This document shows, piece by piece, positions 25,854 to 38,699 of a stretch of DNA of 64,000 bases (position 1 is its first letter; each line of letters opens with the position of its first letter). Made by a program: the position numbers and the translations under genes. The stretch comes from Trypethelium eluteriae. Lineage: Eukaryota. The stretch is taken from NCBI GenBank assembly GCA_051942245.1, contig JAVECL010000062.1:1-64000 (forward strand). The letters are read 5' to 3'. A model generated the notes under the pieces. The model was not told where the DNA came from. It was given only the letters and a program-made list of their open reading frames with translations, and ran no database searches.

Positions 25854-28800
25854 ATGAGCAAAAAGAGGGCGAACGAGGAGGCTGATGGTGAAGGGCGGCG
25901 CAAGGAAAAACGAGCAAAGATTGTCAAGGGTCTAGCACAGCCCGAAGAAATCACATCGGCTCGCCATTTGCAGCAGCTTCTGATATTCTCTCAAGATAAC
26001 CTTGATGAGTTGAGAAACAGTATATTACTATATCTCTCGACAGCCTCATTTTGTCTAATTGAGCTGCAGATATTCGATCTTTCAAAACTTTTCTAGATTC
26101 GATCCTCTATGGCGAAGAGGAGGCTCTCAAGAAAGAGCGTCTTATTATTCTTAAGGAATACTTGAACTCTCAGAAGCCGAGACATGAAGACCATGTCTAC
26201 CTCCGGGATCTCGAGCAGGCCTGGAGTTTCGCGAGCCAGGTTCATAATGACCACTTGTTTTCTTCGGTCACGGCCGTCTTAGCCCTTTTGTTCAAAGTCA
26301 TCGGCGGCCTTCTAGACTTTCGGGATTATGGATTCTTGCTAGGCCGGATGGTCCTTAACTTCAATCAGGTAAAATTACTATCACGAGGCCTCTCTGCTCC
26401 TACCCATAAGGAGTTCATTATCTCGCCGTGTCTAAGGTTGCTCACCGAAGTTGTGTCGTTTGACGCCGGCGCCTTGGCTCGACAGGTGTATGCCAAAAGA
26501 GACTTCACCTTCGATACCAAGATCATGGGTCGTAACCTCCATCTAAACAAGACCAAGGCCGAAGATAGCGCGGACGAGTCCAAAAGAATACAAACTGTAC
26601 GGTCAACGTCGGTTCGATACCTGCTGGCACACCTTAAGTACCAAGAGGAAGGGTCCAAAATGGACATCCTTCGAAATGGAAACATCGTGAGAGCTCTATT
26701 CACTCATATCCGAGAGGATCCTCATCACGTCGCGAACGAAATACTTGCTATTGTGAGGAACAACATCCTACTAGATGAGTCGATTCCGCGACAGACGAAG
26801 AGCCAAGTCATGACCGATCGCACACTTTCTGATATTGCGAGCCTTTACCGATCTGATGAAAATTCCAAAGCCGATAGAAGCTCGATCCACAAGATAGCCC
26901 ACGAACTTCTGTTGCTGGTATGTACCAAACCCGACCTCGGAGTGTTCCTTACAACATCGGGGTGGTATCCACCTGGTACAGAACGAGAGATAAACCAGGA
27001 TATCAGGCTCTCGTTAGGCTCAACCGAAGTCGATAGAAATCATCCTCAAAGTACTCAACTAATGTTTTCCCCGACCCCAAGAGACGAGCAACAGGACGAC
27101 GTTGCCATTGACCTTGGCCTAGATTCGATCGATTGGTACAACAACTTTCGCAAGGAGGTCCCAGTGCGGAATGTAGTCTTGGCATCATTTATCCAAGGGT
27201 TGCGGCCATATTCCAACAATCTCGAGAGAGAACTACTCATGACAATCTTCAACGCAGCTCCCGAGCTCGTTGCTGACTACTATTTCAAGAAAAGGAGTTT
27301 TCAATTTGACCCTAAGCTGACCGCCACTTGGATTGGCTTTGCTTCTGTTCTTTTTTCTACACTTCAGCTTCCTATTCCTCGAATGTTTGGGAGGAGATCA
27401 ACCTATCACTCGGTCCCGCCACCTCTCTCGATCACTCTTGAAAGCCTCTTCCCTCAGCCACTGTCACAACGAGCACTCACGAAATGCTTGAACTCGAAGT
27501 CTGAACTGATGACCTTCTTCACCATCCGCATTCTTACTATCGCATTCGAAAAACTTGATCATGTCCTGAGAATGTTTAGAGACGCGGCACGAGAACGTGG
27601 GGACCTATGGGACCAGGCTATGACCCGACTTGTTGAAGGATTCTTCGATCGATGTCCATCAATAAGGGACATCATCACGGTATTCCAGCAGATTCCTAAG
27701 TCCAGTGTCATGCGTCGAGAGGCAATGACACGGTTGCTAGCATTATGCTTCCAAGTCACGCCGTCAGTCGCGCTTGATGAGAAGCTCGATATTTCCTCTA
27801 CATTAGCCGAAACGCTGCAAAATCTTGACCATCATGATCTGGACATCGAGACACGACAAATATATTTACTTGAGCTGTCTCACCTTGTCGTCATTGCACG
27901 CACAGCCCCTGATATGAAGTGGTTCAACAAGCCGCAGATCCTCCGCTTTTCTCCTTTCATGACTCTTCTGAAACTAGTCATCCAGAGTCCACACGAGAGC
28001 TCGACGGGCGCGATACGAGAGCTTTTACTTTCCATTGTGAGAGAGTACGGAATAATCCAGACTGAAACATCAACACAACCACTGGATATTCTGATTCACA
28101 CATTGCGTAGGCCCGACGGACAAGGCGTTCCTGATACTGTCTTGGACTTCTTCGACGATTGCATTCAGCGGTTTACACGAAGGTCTCTGAAATACCTAGA
28201 CGACTTGGATGTGCTTGTACAGGAAAGCAGGAAAGTAACCGAAGTCAGTGCGCCTTTGAGCATGATACTCATCACAGTACTTGAGCAATGGGCTTTTGCA
28301 CCCAAAAACCGGCCTAATGAAGTATACGAAATCGGACGCATCATCGATGCCTTTTTAGCATTAGCAGAAGGCATAGGCGAGGACGCTAGTTTACTGCCAA
28401 TTCTTCGACGCAAGTTTGACGAAACAGCAGACAGCTCTGGGCTTGACCGGTCACAATTGGATGGCACTGGTCTGAAAGATACCTTCAAGTACCGAGAGCA
28501 GAGGCAAGAAGCTGTACAAGATGCATCCGATGGCGCAAATTCAAAATCTCGCATGACTAAAGATGAACCCACTAACGGTAGCCAGTCTCTGGCAGCGCAT
28601 GCTCCACCCCTGGAGCCCGAAGCTCACCCCGAGCTCTCACGCTGGCAGCACAAAGACATATCGACGATCGTCGACTCCAACCTCATTTCCCCACTCCTTC
28701 TCTGCCTCTCCTCAGCGCACCTCTCCATCCGCCGCGAGGCTCTCTCATCCATCCGCAAGCTCGCCGCCCTCCTTTTATCGAGCAGTCATCCCGAACGAGA

Positions 28801-29431
28801 ACTGCTGCATCTGCTCCTTCTCGAAACCGCAGAAACTGCCTCGGCCGCTACCGACTTCGACACCTGCCCGCTCCCCTGCACTGCTTCCATTTTTGCCGCC
28901 AGCGCTGCCCCAGTCCTTGCTGACCCAACGCATGTGCTCTATGCGAAGGTCAACCGGTACCTAAACAAAGGCCCAACGTGGGATGTTAATCGCCTCCCTT
29001 CCTACTGGCTTGATCGCATCTTACGCCACTCTCCGGACGATACTTCCTCGGATGATGTGCGTGAAGCGGAGATTCTCTGGCTGCTAGACTATCTCTACGA
29101 AGCGCTGCGCACACCGTCGGATCTAGAGATCTATCGAGTGAGGAGCGTATTCGAGGCCGTGCTCGCGCTGTACACAATGCCTGGCGTGTCGAGAGAGGTG
29201 AAGGAGCGAGCGGTCAAAGTGGTAGCGAGAGCGACTGAGGTGCAGGGAGGAGCAACGACGCTAATTACACGAGTGGGAATTGTGGGATGGTTGGACGGGA
29301 GGATCGTAGTGGCAGACGGAGACTCGGGAATACTGAAGAGACTGAAGGAACGTGTGCTGGAGATGTGCGATAGGGATAGAGTGAGGGATTGGAGTGCCGG
29401 GCTGTTGGTGGAGAGAGTGGAAGTGCAGTAG
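25854..29431 (+). CDS. URB1: Ribosome biogenesis protein Urb1/Npa1
   Basis: Long helical-repeat ORF with PCLRLLTEVVSFD, APELVADYYFKK, FDPKLTATWIG and C-terminal DPTHVLYAKVNRYLNKGP; one intron near 26020-26069. Confidence 0.88.
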
Positions 29432-30548
29432 GATCCAGAAGAAAAACATTGGGGTTGGGGCTTTTGATATACCCTTGTAACTTGTGCATTTACTATAATC
29501 TAATTGAGATCAGATGGACTTTACAGAGCTCCACAAAGCCCTGAGCTGGAGCTCCACAAGGCAGGCGCTTACTTCCTGCTGGGCCGATACATCGTACTCT
29601 GTCAGGCTGTCGCTCAAGTACATGGTTCCGAATGCAGGACGTTATGACCATGTTGGCAAAGTCGAAGTCGGCAGCTTCTCTGAATATCACGCTTGAGACA
29701 GTGTGAAAAGAGTAGAAAGTCTCCAAGAACCAAGGTAAAGACGATGCTCTGAAAGCAAAAGCGATCTTTCGTTAAAAAAATGTTTATCGACTGCCGTGAG
29801 CAACCGGAATGTTCGACTTCCACATCCGACTAGCAGCACCAAAAGTGAATCGGAGCTATCCTCTGATCGGTCCGAAAAGGGAAGGCTACGAAAACGAGGT
29901 GGTAGTACGATTGGTGCACTGAGCTGCAGTGAGACTGGAGAGAGATAGATAAGCTGCAACAGGTCCTGTTCGATTAGACCGCGCAATATGAGATGAGATG
30001 TTTGCAACGTCCAGGGTTCAAGTGTCAAGAGCCAATAATACACAGTTGCCTACCGTACCTTAGTAGGTAGTATCAAAAGCCGGGCGCAGCAGGATAGCAA
30101 CAACATTTCCACACGGTCGCTGCTTGGCCTGTTCGCCCACTACTTCCCTTGAATGAAACCGGGCATACTTTTCATGATATTTCTTTTCGATGTCCATGCC
30201 GGCATGACGGGAAAAGGACACTAAGGAGGTTCTGCAGTATGGCAGAGCTGGAAGCGCTTGTGCCACCCCTGCCAAGCAATTTCATCCAATAAATCGGCAA
30301 ACGTGCTCTTCCTCAATACCTGGTGTTCCTAGCTTTCGAGGACTACGCCAACCCTGTTTCCATATCCCTTTGCAAGAGCATACGTCAGCTCGAACATCGA
30401 GAATTACGTGGACTTGAGGGGTAGTTAAGGTAAGAATTCGGTATTTTGCAACGTAAATCATTCTCTTTGGTTTCCAACTTCTTTTCGTTCCTTCTGTCTC
30501 AAGCTAGATTCAAGCCTCTTCTGCTTTCAGATTGGATTACGAAACAAG

Positions 30549-31114
30549 ATGTCCGGCGTCGAGATCTTCTATGAGCCTTCTGGTTGTAACTGCGGCGGCA
30601 AAATCCAATACAGTAAAGCTGATATCAACAATGCTGCCACCAAGGCTCTCGAACTTACCTCTCAAGGTCAAACTCTTGGTAAATCCAAATCATGCTGACC
30701 AAAGAGATATCCTCAATTCATATTGTCTTCTCTAGGAAAGGACAAGTATCCTCACACCTACAACGATTACGAACATTTCAACTTCCACCAAGCCCAGAAA
30801 CCCTACCTCGAGTTTCCCATCCTGAGCGGTGAAACGTATGATGGTGGTCAACCCGGTGCAGACCGTGTTGTCATTGGATCCATTGCTCAAGACTACAAGT
30901 CTGCCGTATACTGCGCGACCATTACTCACGATGGTCAGAAGAATGATGATTTCACCGAATGTCAGGATGATACCATGTGCGTACTCCCCTCCTCGAAGAC
31001 GCGAGAAGTAATGCTGACGAGATCTTGGGTAGGAATCCGAGGGGAAAAGGCAACTATGAGGCCACTCCACAGACGCACAAGCACTACCACAGAAAGCTCT
31101 TGGACAAGATCTAA
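30549..31114 (+). pseudogene. RNase T1/N1-family guanyl-specific ribonuclease without a signal peptide, apparently frameshifted
   Basis: MSGVEIFYEPSGCNCGG switches frame at ~30600 to QYSKADINNAA. Later exons carry YPH, LEFPIL, PGADRVVI and ITH catalytic motifs. The shift may be a sequencing error. Confidence 0.7.
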
Positions 31115-31322
31115 GCCCGATCTTTTTCTGAACACGAATAATTTAGAAGAGCAATAAAATGAAAATAAGGAGGCAGGTAAGCATTGGGATGGAATGAGCA
31201 ACGTGTGATCAAGCCGAGACTTTTTTTTCTCTTTTTTGAACCAATGCATCGTAGCTATGTACACGAAGTAGAGCTAGCTTACCCGTAAGGACTTACATTC
31301 ACTACTTTCAGAATGCCATTCC

Positions 31323-33147
31323 TTAGCTTAGGTCCAAGATGAGCATATCAACTTCCAGCCCACTCAAGCCACTCTTCATCAACGCCCCTCCTGAAACCGT
31401 CCATCCGCCATTCCCCCAAAGCACACTGCTTACCGCACTCGCATTCCCTGGTAAACTCACCCGGACCGTCCCTTCGACATCCTCATAGTCCAGACTCACG
31501 ACACTAACCAACATCCTCCCTCCTTGGACCCACACAGCCGCATCCGCATTCCCCAACGTCCCATTCCCCGCACTCACCACCACACCACTCGGCTGCGCAC
31601 CCAGCAAAAACGCCGTCGTCTCCTGCTGCGTCAACACCGCCGCCAACCGACTCGTCACGTCGACCAAATCGGGCTGCGTCGGAAACGTCCAAGCGACAAG
31701 CGCCTTAGCGCCATGATTCAGGCGCAGCACGTCCATGACCGCCTCCTCGGCGGGGGTCGGGTACCTTGTCCAGAACTGGCTGGCGCCGAAGCCCTGCGGC
31801 ACGCCCCAGTACGTCTTGGGGGGGTTGGTGTCGAGCCAGACGTCGTAGGCGTGCAGCTGGTCGAGCCGGCCCGAGATGCTGCGGAAGGGGGTGAACAGGT
31901 TGCAGTCGTCGCAGCCGCAGCAGCCGTAGGTGGTGTTGCAGACGGTGCCGTACACGGTCGAGTACGAGGTGTTGACGGCGATGGGGTAGACGTCTTCCAT
32001 GACGATGTCGGTGCCGGTGGCGGTGTAGGCCTGGTAGTGGAAGTTGTAGCAGTTGAGGCAGAGCGAGACTGGGTGGTAGGGGTCGAGGGATTTGATCTGC
32101 GAGTAGGCAATGCTGGTGGCATTGAGCGGGTCGCCGTTTCCGTCTGGTTCGTCGCCCGTGTACCACAGGAGCAGAGATTTCCGCGTCTTAATCCGGTTGA
32201 CCTGTTCTGCAACGGCGGATTGGTTTTGGTAGGTCCACCGCATGTCGTACATGAGCCATAGCTCCAGGGTATCCATGCGATCGAGGAATTGATCTAGGAG
32301 GGTGATGTTAAAGGCATACTCGCCGGCTGTAGATCCACCCGGAATGAGATGAACGATATTGTAGCCGTCGGACTTCAACGCATCGAGGTTTGAGAGATTA
32401 GCACTGAGCCAGTCCCATGAGACATAGTAGGAGTAGGGAAATATTGGTGACCAAGTCGTGGAGTTTGCAAGGTAATTTTGCACCATGAGACCACCATACA
32501 GGTAATCAAGTTTGGTGACACTTCCTCCATCGGTTCGGCTAGGTAGTCTATAGAGTTGTGTTGTGGCAGTGTACGTTTGATTCCCGTCTTGCGAAGCACC
32601 ATAGAGGACAATATTGTACGGATTGGTCCGAGCGGTGAGATTCAATAGCGAAAACGAAAACTCATTAGCAGTAGAGTTCACAGTAATATTGGCCCCAGAA
32701 ACCAAGGCGTTTCCACTATCAGCATCGGAGATATCGACGTAGAGCGTCGTAAATGATTCCGATGAGACGCTACCATTATTCTGTAAACTGCCGGTAGTGT
32801 TGTAGTATGGGGCTCCGTGGATATTCGAAATCGCGGCCTCAACAATGAAGGATCCTGTCTGGTCATCCGCAGTGTACAGGTTCATTCGGGGGTATATCTT
32901 AACATTGAGTAGAGGGCTAGGAGAGCTTGCAGGCGCTTCAAGCCATCCCCCGGGATTGAAGGAGGCGTTCCTATTATTCGAATTAGAATATCAACACGCG
33001 GCCCTTTGAGACAGTGACTTACTCTGGTCTGTAGGCTTTGCCGCACCATATCTGGACTCCCGGAGGCGCGTCGAATGCAGCTTGTGCTCCAATCCCAAGC
33101 AATGAAATAATACCAAGTACCAGCGGGCTCAGCATAGTCATCATCAT
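31323..33147 (-). CDS. Secreted glycoside-hydrolase-superfamily (TIM-barrel-like) protein, 2 exons
   Basis: Signal peptide (MLSPLVLGIISLLGIGAQA), WCGKAY exon, many N-glycosylation sequons, and motifs LWYTGDEPDG, DPYHPVSLCLNC, DVYPI, WGVPQGFG. Confidence 0.7.
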
Positions 33148-35735
33148 CCTAGAGGTGAAGTTTGCCGGTGGGTCGCAAGAGGGGATGCCATCCGAACAGT
33201 GAGCAATTGAGGCTCGGTAACGGTTCTGGAGATCATCCCCAGACCTTCCTGAAGTCGCAGGTCCATGTAACCATTAGGCATGCAGTGTAACCTGCCTAGG
33301 AAACTTCCGCGCGGTCATCCTTGTCCGAGTTATCTCAAATTGAGACGAAGGGTGAGATATTCTATCTCAAAACGAAGTACTCCGTTAACCATCTCATACT
33401 CAAACAGCGGAGAGGAACAGATGGGTTGAATACATGACAGATGGTGATTGGTGTGCGAGATGACTGGGGGTTGAAGTTCCGATCATGACTAAGCCCGAAA
33501 CGTCTTACGCGTATGCGCTGGCGCGCAGCACGCATGACCTGCAGCATCTTCACGACCGAAGACCTTCCCTGCAGATCAAGAGCACTACAAGCTGACTTCG
33601 ACCTAAAAGCACAGTAACAGCGTTAGCCTGGTTGATGAAAGGGTTGCTCTGGATTATGCCCTTGAAAGACGAGGGTGCCGGGAAACGCCGCTACAGGTTC
33701 GTAACATCATAACAATGGTTCATCCAGAATTGAATGAAGCTCAGAATACAATTCTCAGTCGCGTCGAGCTCACCTATGGTAGATGCGATTGGAAAGGTTT
33801 GAAGAACTGCTCGAACACGTGGTCTCTACTAGTAATATGGGCAATCACGCGATGTTCTCCAGAGATACTCATAAATCTTGAAGGCCATTGAATGACTGAA
33901 GGGTAAAAATTTTAGCAAAGAATCCCTCAACGAAGCTCATTTAGACGCGTATTCAAGCAATCGAGATTTTCTGCCTGGTTGCCTTGGTCTTCTTTGGATG
34001 ACAAGCTCAAGACGTAGGACAGGACTCTGGAGGCTCTAGTTTCATCTTGGTCTGTCAGTCAGGGTCTCGGTGGTTACTTTGTGGAAGATTTGCGGAGACC
34101 CCGGATGACAAGATGCAACGCAATGGTACCAGTAAAGGAGCTGGAGTATTTAGCAAAAAATGCACAAATTGGGCAGTGAGGCGGGGCGGTCGGGCTCGCT
34201 TCATAGTGAGGATTGCCCTAGATGTTCGGAAGAACGTGGTATATGTAAACCTTAACTTTGTAGTGCCATAAGGCGGTAGATACCTAAGGTAATTTTTCGA
34301 AAGGAGCACGTTTAATCGGCTGGTAATCTAAGGAAATCCGACAGAAAGCTTTGCGGGGGAATACTAAATCAGACCACCAAGACTTTTCGCTTCACGAGTT
34401 GCAGACACGGACCACGGGAAACGGGAGACGGGAAGAGCGCCAAAAGCTTATGATGACTGCAAGGCTTACAGAAACCAACAGGTGCAGATGCGGAAATGTT
34501 GGTTTTTCCCTGTCACAGATCGCGAAACATCCCAAAAATGGACGTGCGGTCTTATGGGATTCCCATAAGCCACTACCCATGCAAATTGCCCTCTTGTCCT
34601 CCAGCGACTTTGGAAATAACTGGAAGCTTTAAAGTTGCTATTGCCATTTTAATGCTTAAAGTATAATGTGGCGTAGAGGCGCAGTAATTAGATTCAACAC
34701 GGAATGCAGCTTTTGCAAGATTGCGCGGTTCATAAGTGCACTGCAGTACGATGCTTATGACGTTGTGACGTGGATGCGGGCTCATTCCCGTATGTCGCAG
34801 CTGCACCCTGCACCGAATCAGTGCAGCACTCATTCGCGTGCTTCAGGTTCGCATTGATGGTTCTGCACTCCAGGTGCGGGACGGGCTGACGGAGTCGAAG
34901 GACGTGCGGGCGGAAAGTTGCGAGAGCACCAGTCGATTGCAGGCCATTACAACGATCGGGGTGCAGCGTGACCCCCATCTCTTACTCAATTGAGTTTGTG
35001 GCTCCGAGCCTCCAAGGTGTAGCCCCATGACGTCAGGCTGGAAATTGGACAAATCCCCGCAAGCAGAGCACCGCCAGCACCACAAGTAGACCAGGACCAA
35101 AATCCCTCGGGTGCCTCGACTCAGGCAAGGCACACTCTTCACAGGTAGGTGGGTAGATGAGCAGGCAACTCGTACGTACTTTCTGGTGCTTTATGCGCAC
35201 CGACGAAACGCCACACTTGCGATCGTGATTCGACTGTTGCCTTTTCTCATTGCCCTTGCGATCTCCGCCAGACAACACGATTCGCGGTCGTCATGCCGGT
35301 ACTGACCGACAATCCTCTCAGTGCCAAGAGAGAAAAAGATGCCCATGTGGGAGCCAGCAGAATGGGTTCCGTTGTTTGCCTCAATTAGTTGCAACCGTGG
35401 CACACGCGACCACGATCCCGCCCAAGGACGACAAGGTTCATTGTCCCCCCGGCCACTACCCTAACAACTAATATGAACCCTTCCCTCCCCGCCTTGTCTT
35501 AATAACACTAGATTCGCCTCGTTAACCTCACCTTCCTTACCTTCCGAGCCTGGGTCTTGTGGATTCCTCTACGCCCAGCGTCGTCCCGCTTGCTCTGCAT
35601 AACACATCAACGGCTGTTAGATTTCTGTCGTTCTTCACCATCACTTTCACGAGAGACCTGATTCTTATATATCGGTAATCTTACCTTCTAGATGTCCACA
35701 TACACCTTCCACTAGCTTTGAGATAACTTTACAAC

Positions 35736-37601
35736 ATGAGCGCCTCGAGAGAACCCTCGCCAGGCGCAGCTGCCCCAGCGAACATGCGCAAACCATCAGA
35801 ACATTCTTCAGATACTGCGGCTGAGGCCGGCCATCTCGAGGCCATCTCTAATCAGGATCCTGCCATGGAACATCCTGCCAACAACCGTCCCGTTGATAAT
35901 TCCCACTATGGGCAAGAGCTGGAGAAAGCAGGCACCTATGATAAGATTGAAATCACCGAAGACGACTGTTATGACGAGCTCGGATTTGGCTTTCCCAGCT
36001 GGAAGAAGTGGTGGATCCTGACCGTCATCTTTATTGTTCAAGTCTCTATGAACTTCAACACCAGTCTCTACTCCAACGCACTCGATGGCATCACTGAGGA
36101 GTTCCACGTCAGCGAGCAGGCGGCACGATGCGGCGCAATGATCTTCCTGGTCCTCTATGCTTTTGGATGTGAGCTCTGGGCTCCGTGGTCGGAGGAATTC
36201 GGAAGATGGCCAATCTTGCAGCTCTCCCTCTTCCTCGTCAATATTTGGCAGCTTCCGGTTGCTCTAGCCAAGAATTTTGGCACCATTCTCGTCGGCCGGG
36301 CTCTTGGCGGTATTTCATCTGCTGGCGGTTCCGTCACTCTTGGTATGATTGCAGACGTGTTCGAGCCGGAAGATCAGCAATATGCTGTCGCCTACATCGT
36401 CTTCTCATCAGTCGGCGGCTCAATTCTGGGCCCTGTCGTCGGCGGTTTTGTTCAACAGTTCCTTCCTTGGCGCTGGAATATCTGGATTCAGCTGATCTTT
36501 GGTGGCGCTGTTCAGATCCTCCACTTCATCACTGTTCCAGAAACACGAGCCACAATCATGATGGATAAGATTGCAAAGAAGAGGCGCAAAGCCGGTACTC
36601 ATCCTAATCTCTACGGTCCAGGCGAGCTCTCCGACCTGAGAGAGCGACTCAGTCCGAGGGAAATTCTTATCACTTGGATCCGCCCCTTCAAAATGTTCCT
36701 TACTGAGCCGATTGTGCTTACGCTCTCCCTCCTCTCCGGATTCAGTGATGCGCTTGTGTTCATGTTTATTCAATCTTTCTCCCTTGTGTACAAGCAATGG
36801 AACTTCAATGATTACCAACTCGGGCTTGCCTTTCTGCCCATCTTGGTTGGCTACTTCATTGCCTGGGCATTATTCATCCCAGCCATCCGGCGTAATCAGA
36901 GAGAACGTCGTGAAAAGCCCGAAGACGAGCAAGCTCAGTACGAATCTCGCCTGTGGTTCCTGCTCTTCACGGCACCCTGCCTTCCTATTGGCCTGATTGG
37001 ATTTGCCTGGACATCTCTTGGGCCTCCAGTCCATTGGATCGGAACCATGGTTTTCGCTGCCGTCATTGGTATTGCAAACTACAGTATCTACATGGCAACG
37101 ATCGACTACATGATATGCGCGTACGGTCCCTATTCCGCCTCCGCCACAGGTGGAAACGGATGGTCCCGTGACTTCCTTGCCGGTGTCCTTACCATCCCAG
37201 CGACACCATTCTTTACCAACATTGGCAAGAGCAAGGGTCGCAACCTTGAGTATGCTTCCACAATTCTCTTCTGTATTGCCACTCTCCTTATCATTGCTGT
37301 CTACGTCATCTATTGGAAAGGTCCGACACTTCGAAAGCGCTCTCCCTTTGCCCAACAACTCCAGGATGCGCGCATGGACAATGTTGGTGGTCGCAGGGTC
37401 TCACACCTCCCCGGACTGGGTTCCCGTAGCAACTCGATGGCCGCATACAAGAGTAGCCGCGAGGCAAGCAGGAACAATAGCATTGCCACAGGAGCCGATG
37501 GACGCGCGCAGAGCCATGCTGCTGACTATGTCCACAAACGGTTGCAACAGGAGAAAGAAACCCGGGAGCGTGAGGAGCAGAACGAGAAATCAGCAGTCTG
37601 A
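35736..37601 (+). CDS. MFS transporter, DHA1 (drug:H+ antiporter) family
   Basis: WAPWSEEFGRWPIL, PETR, IRPFKMFLTEPIVL, ESRL and DYMICAYGPYSASA; about 12 TM segments; intronless. Confidence 0.92.
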   Translation: MSASREPSPGAAAPANMRKPSEHSSDTAAEAGHLEAISNQDPAMEHPANNRPVDNSHYGQELEKAGTYDKIEITEDDCYDELGFGFPSWKKWWILTVIFIVQVSMNFNTSLYSNALDGITEEFHVSEQAARCGAMIFLVLYAFGCELWAPWSEEFGRWPILQLSLFLVNIWQLPVALAKNFGTILVGRALGGISSAGGSVTLGMIADVFEPEDQQYAVAYIVFSSVGGSILGPVVGGFVQQFLPWRWNIWIQLIFGGAVQILHFITVPETRATIMMDKIAKKRRKAGTHPNLYGPGELSDLRERLSPREILITWIRPFKMFLTEPIVLTLSLLSGFSDALVFMFIQSFSLVYKQWNFNDYQLGLAFLPILVGYFIAWALFIPAIRRNQRERREKPEDEQAQYESRLWFLLFTAPCLPIGLIGFAWTSLGPPVHWIGTMVFAAVIGIANYSIYMATIDYMICAYGPYSASATGGNGWSRDFLAGVLTIPATPFFTNIGKSKGRNLEYASTILFCIATLLIIAVYVIYWKGPTLRKRSPFAQQLQDARMDNVGGRRVSHLPGLGSRSNSMAAYKSSREASRNNSIATGADGRAQSHAADYVHKRLQQEKETREREEQNEKSAV

Positions 37602-38699
37602 GAGCTTCTGTAGTTTTCTCTTGTCTAGCAAGCGAGGTAGTTCAGGGTAACAATATAAAGCACAAACGGGACTCTCATTGCAATATACCATCACTGCCAT
37701 GGAGTTGAGGACTGCGTCTTCTCACTTCGGCGCCTTTTTTCTAGTATACCAGGGCTCGAATATTGATATTGCAAGGATACATGCATCGGAGCAATGCATA
37801 ATTACGCGGTGTCTCGGCGCCTGCTTTGAGCAAAGGTAATAGAATCAAAGAACATGTAGAAAAAAAAAAATTGTAATCCCTGCCTCTATCAGTCCAGTTT
37901 GCCACTCTACATCATCATGGTGATGCTGCTCGGTAATTAGTGGGTCCAGTTAAGAAGTCGCGTCTCCCACACCTGAAGTGGATATGGACCCATCGGATTA
38001 CCATTATTGGAAGTTCTTCCGCCATGATCTGAGGTGATGATTAAGTAAGATCGTGTAAAGCGCTCGATCCTCATGGGAAAAAGGTCCATCCTAGTATCGA
38101 CAAGGTTGATCAAAAGTTCGGATTTGTGAGATTGAGCGATTGGTCCGTCCTTGTTCTGTCCCTCCATCTACTCTAGAAAGATGAACATCCCTCCGCTTCC
38201 TAACAACATTTGAGCTCGTGAAACCTCTTGAATAGCCGCCGTCAATCCCACAAACCGTACATTCTTGATGTGGCAATGACAGCTTTTAGAAATACTATGG
38301 GACTTAATAGCAAGACCGAAAAGCGTGAGATGCAAATCTTCCAGATCCACTTTCGCGTGACCGTAGGTCAAGCAAACTTCAAAAGTCTTTTTATGCGACG
38401 GCTTCATCTCCTTGCCCTTCACATTCACAGCAGAGTCTGTGTTCTTGGTTGTGGCTAACACGAGATTTCCTTTGTTGACGCCCTCCGCGTGATTGCGTTG
38501 CGAAACAATAGAATGCAGCAGCCCGGCACCTGAGCTACATTTTCTTCCCAAACCTTTACTTTCTTGTTTCTGTTGCTTCATATTGGCAAGGCATTTTAGG
38601 AAATTAGCAATCCTCTTTCGCCCATTAGACCAAGTACAGACATTCCTTTCATCGGAGTTCGTTCTGGCATCTATCCTTTCATTGATTTCTCCCGAAGAT

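Noticed and set aside
31504..32261. Long overlapping or antisense ORFs in the GH-like gene (also in the LRR, BUB3 and AA9 genes)
   Set aside because: Shadow ORFs caused by high GC3; no recognisable motifs.
38493..38699. N-terminal extension of the AA9 ORF
   Set aside because: Non-ATG start. ATG 38700 gives a signal peptide ending exactly before the catalytic His1.
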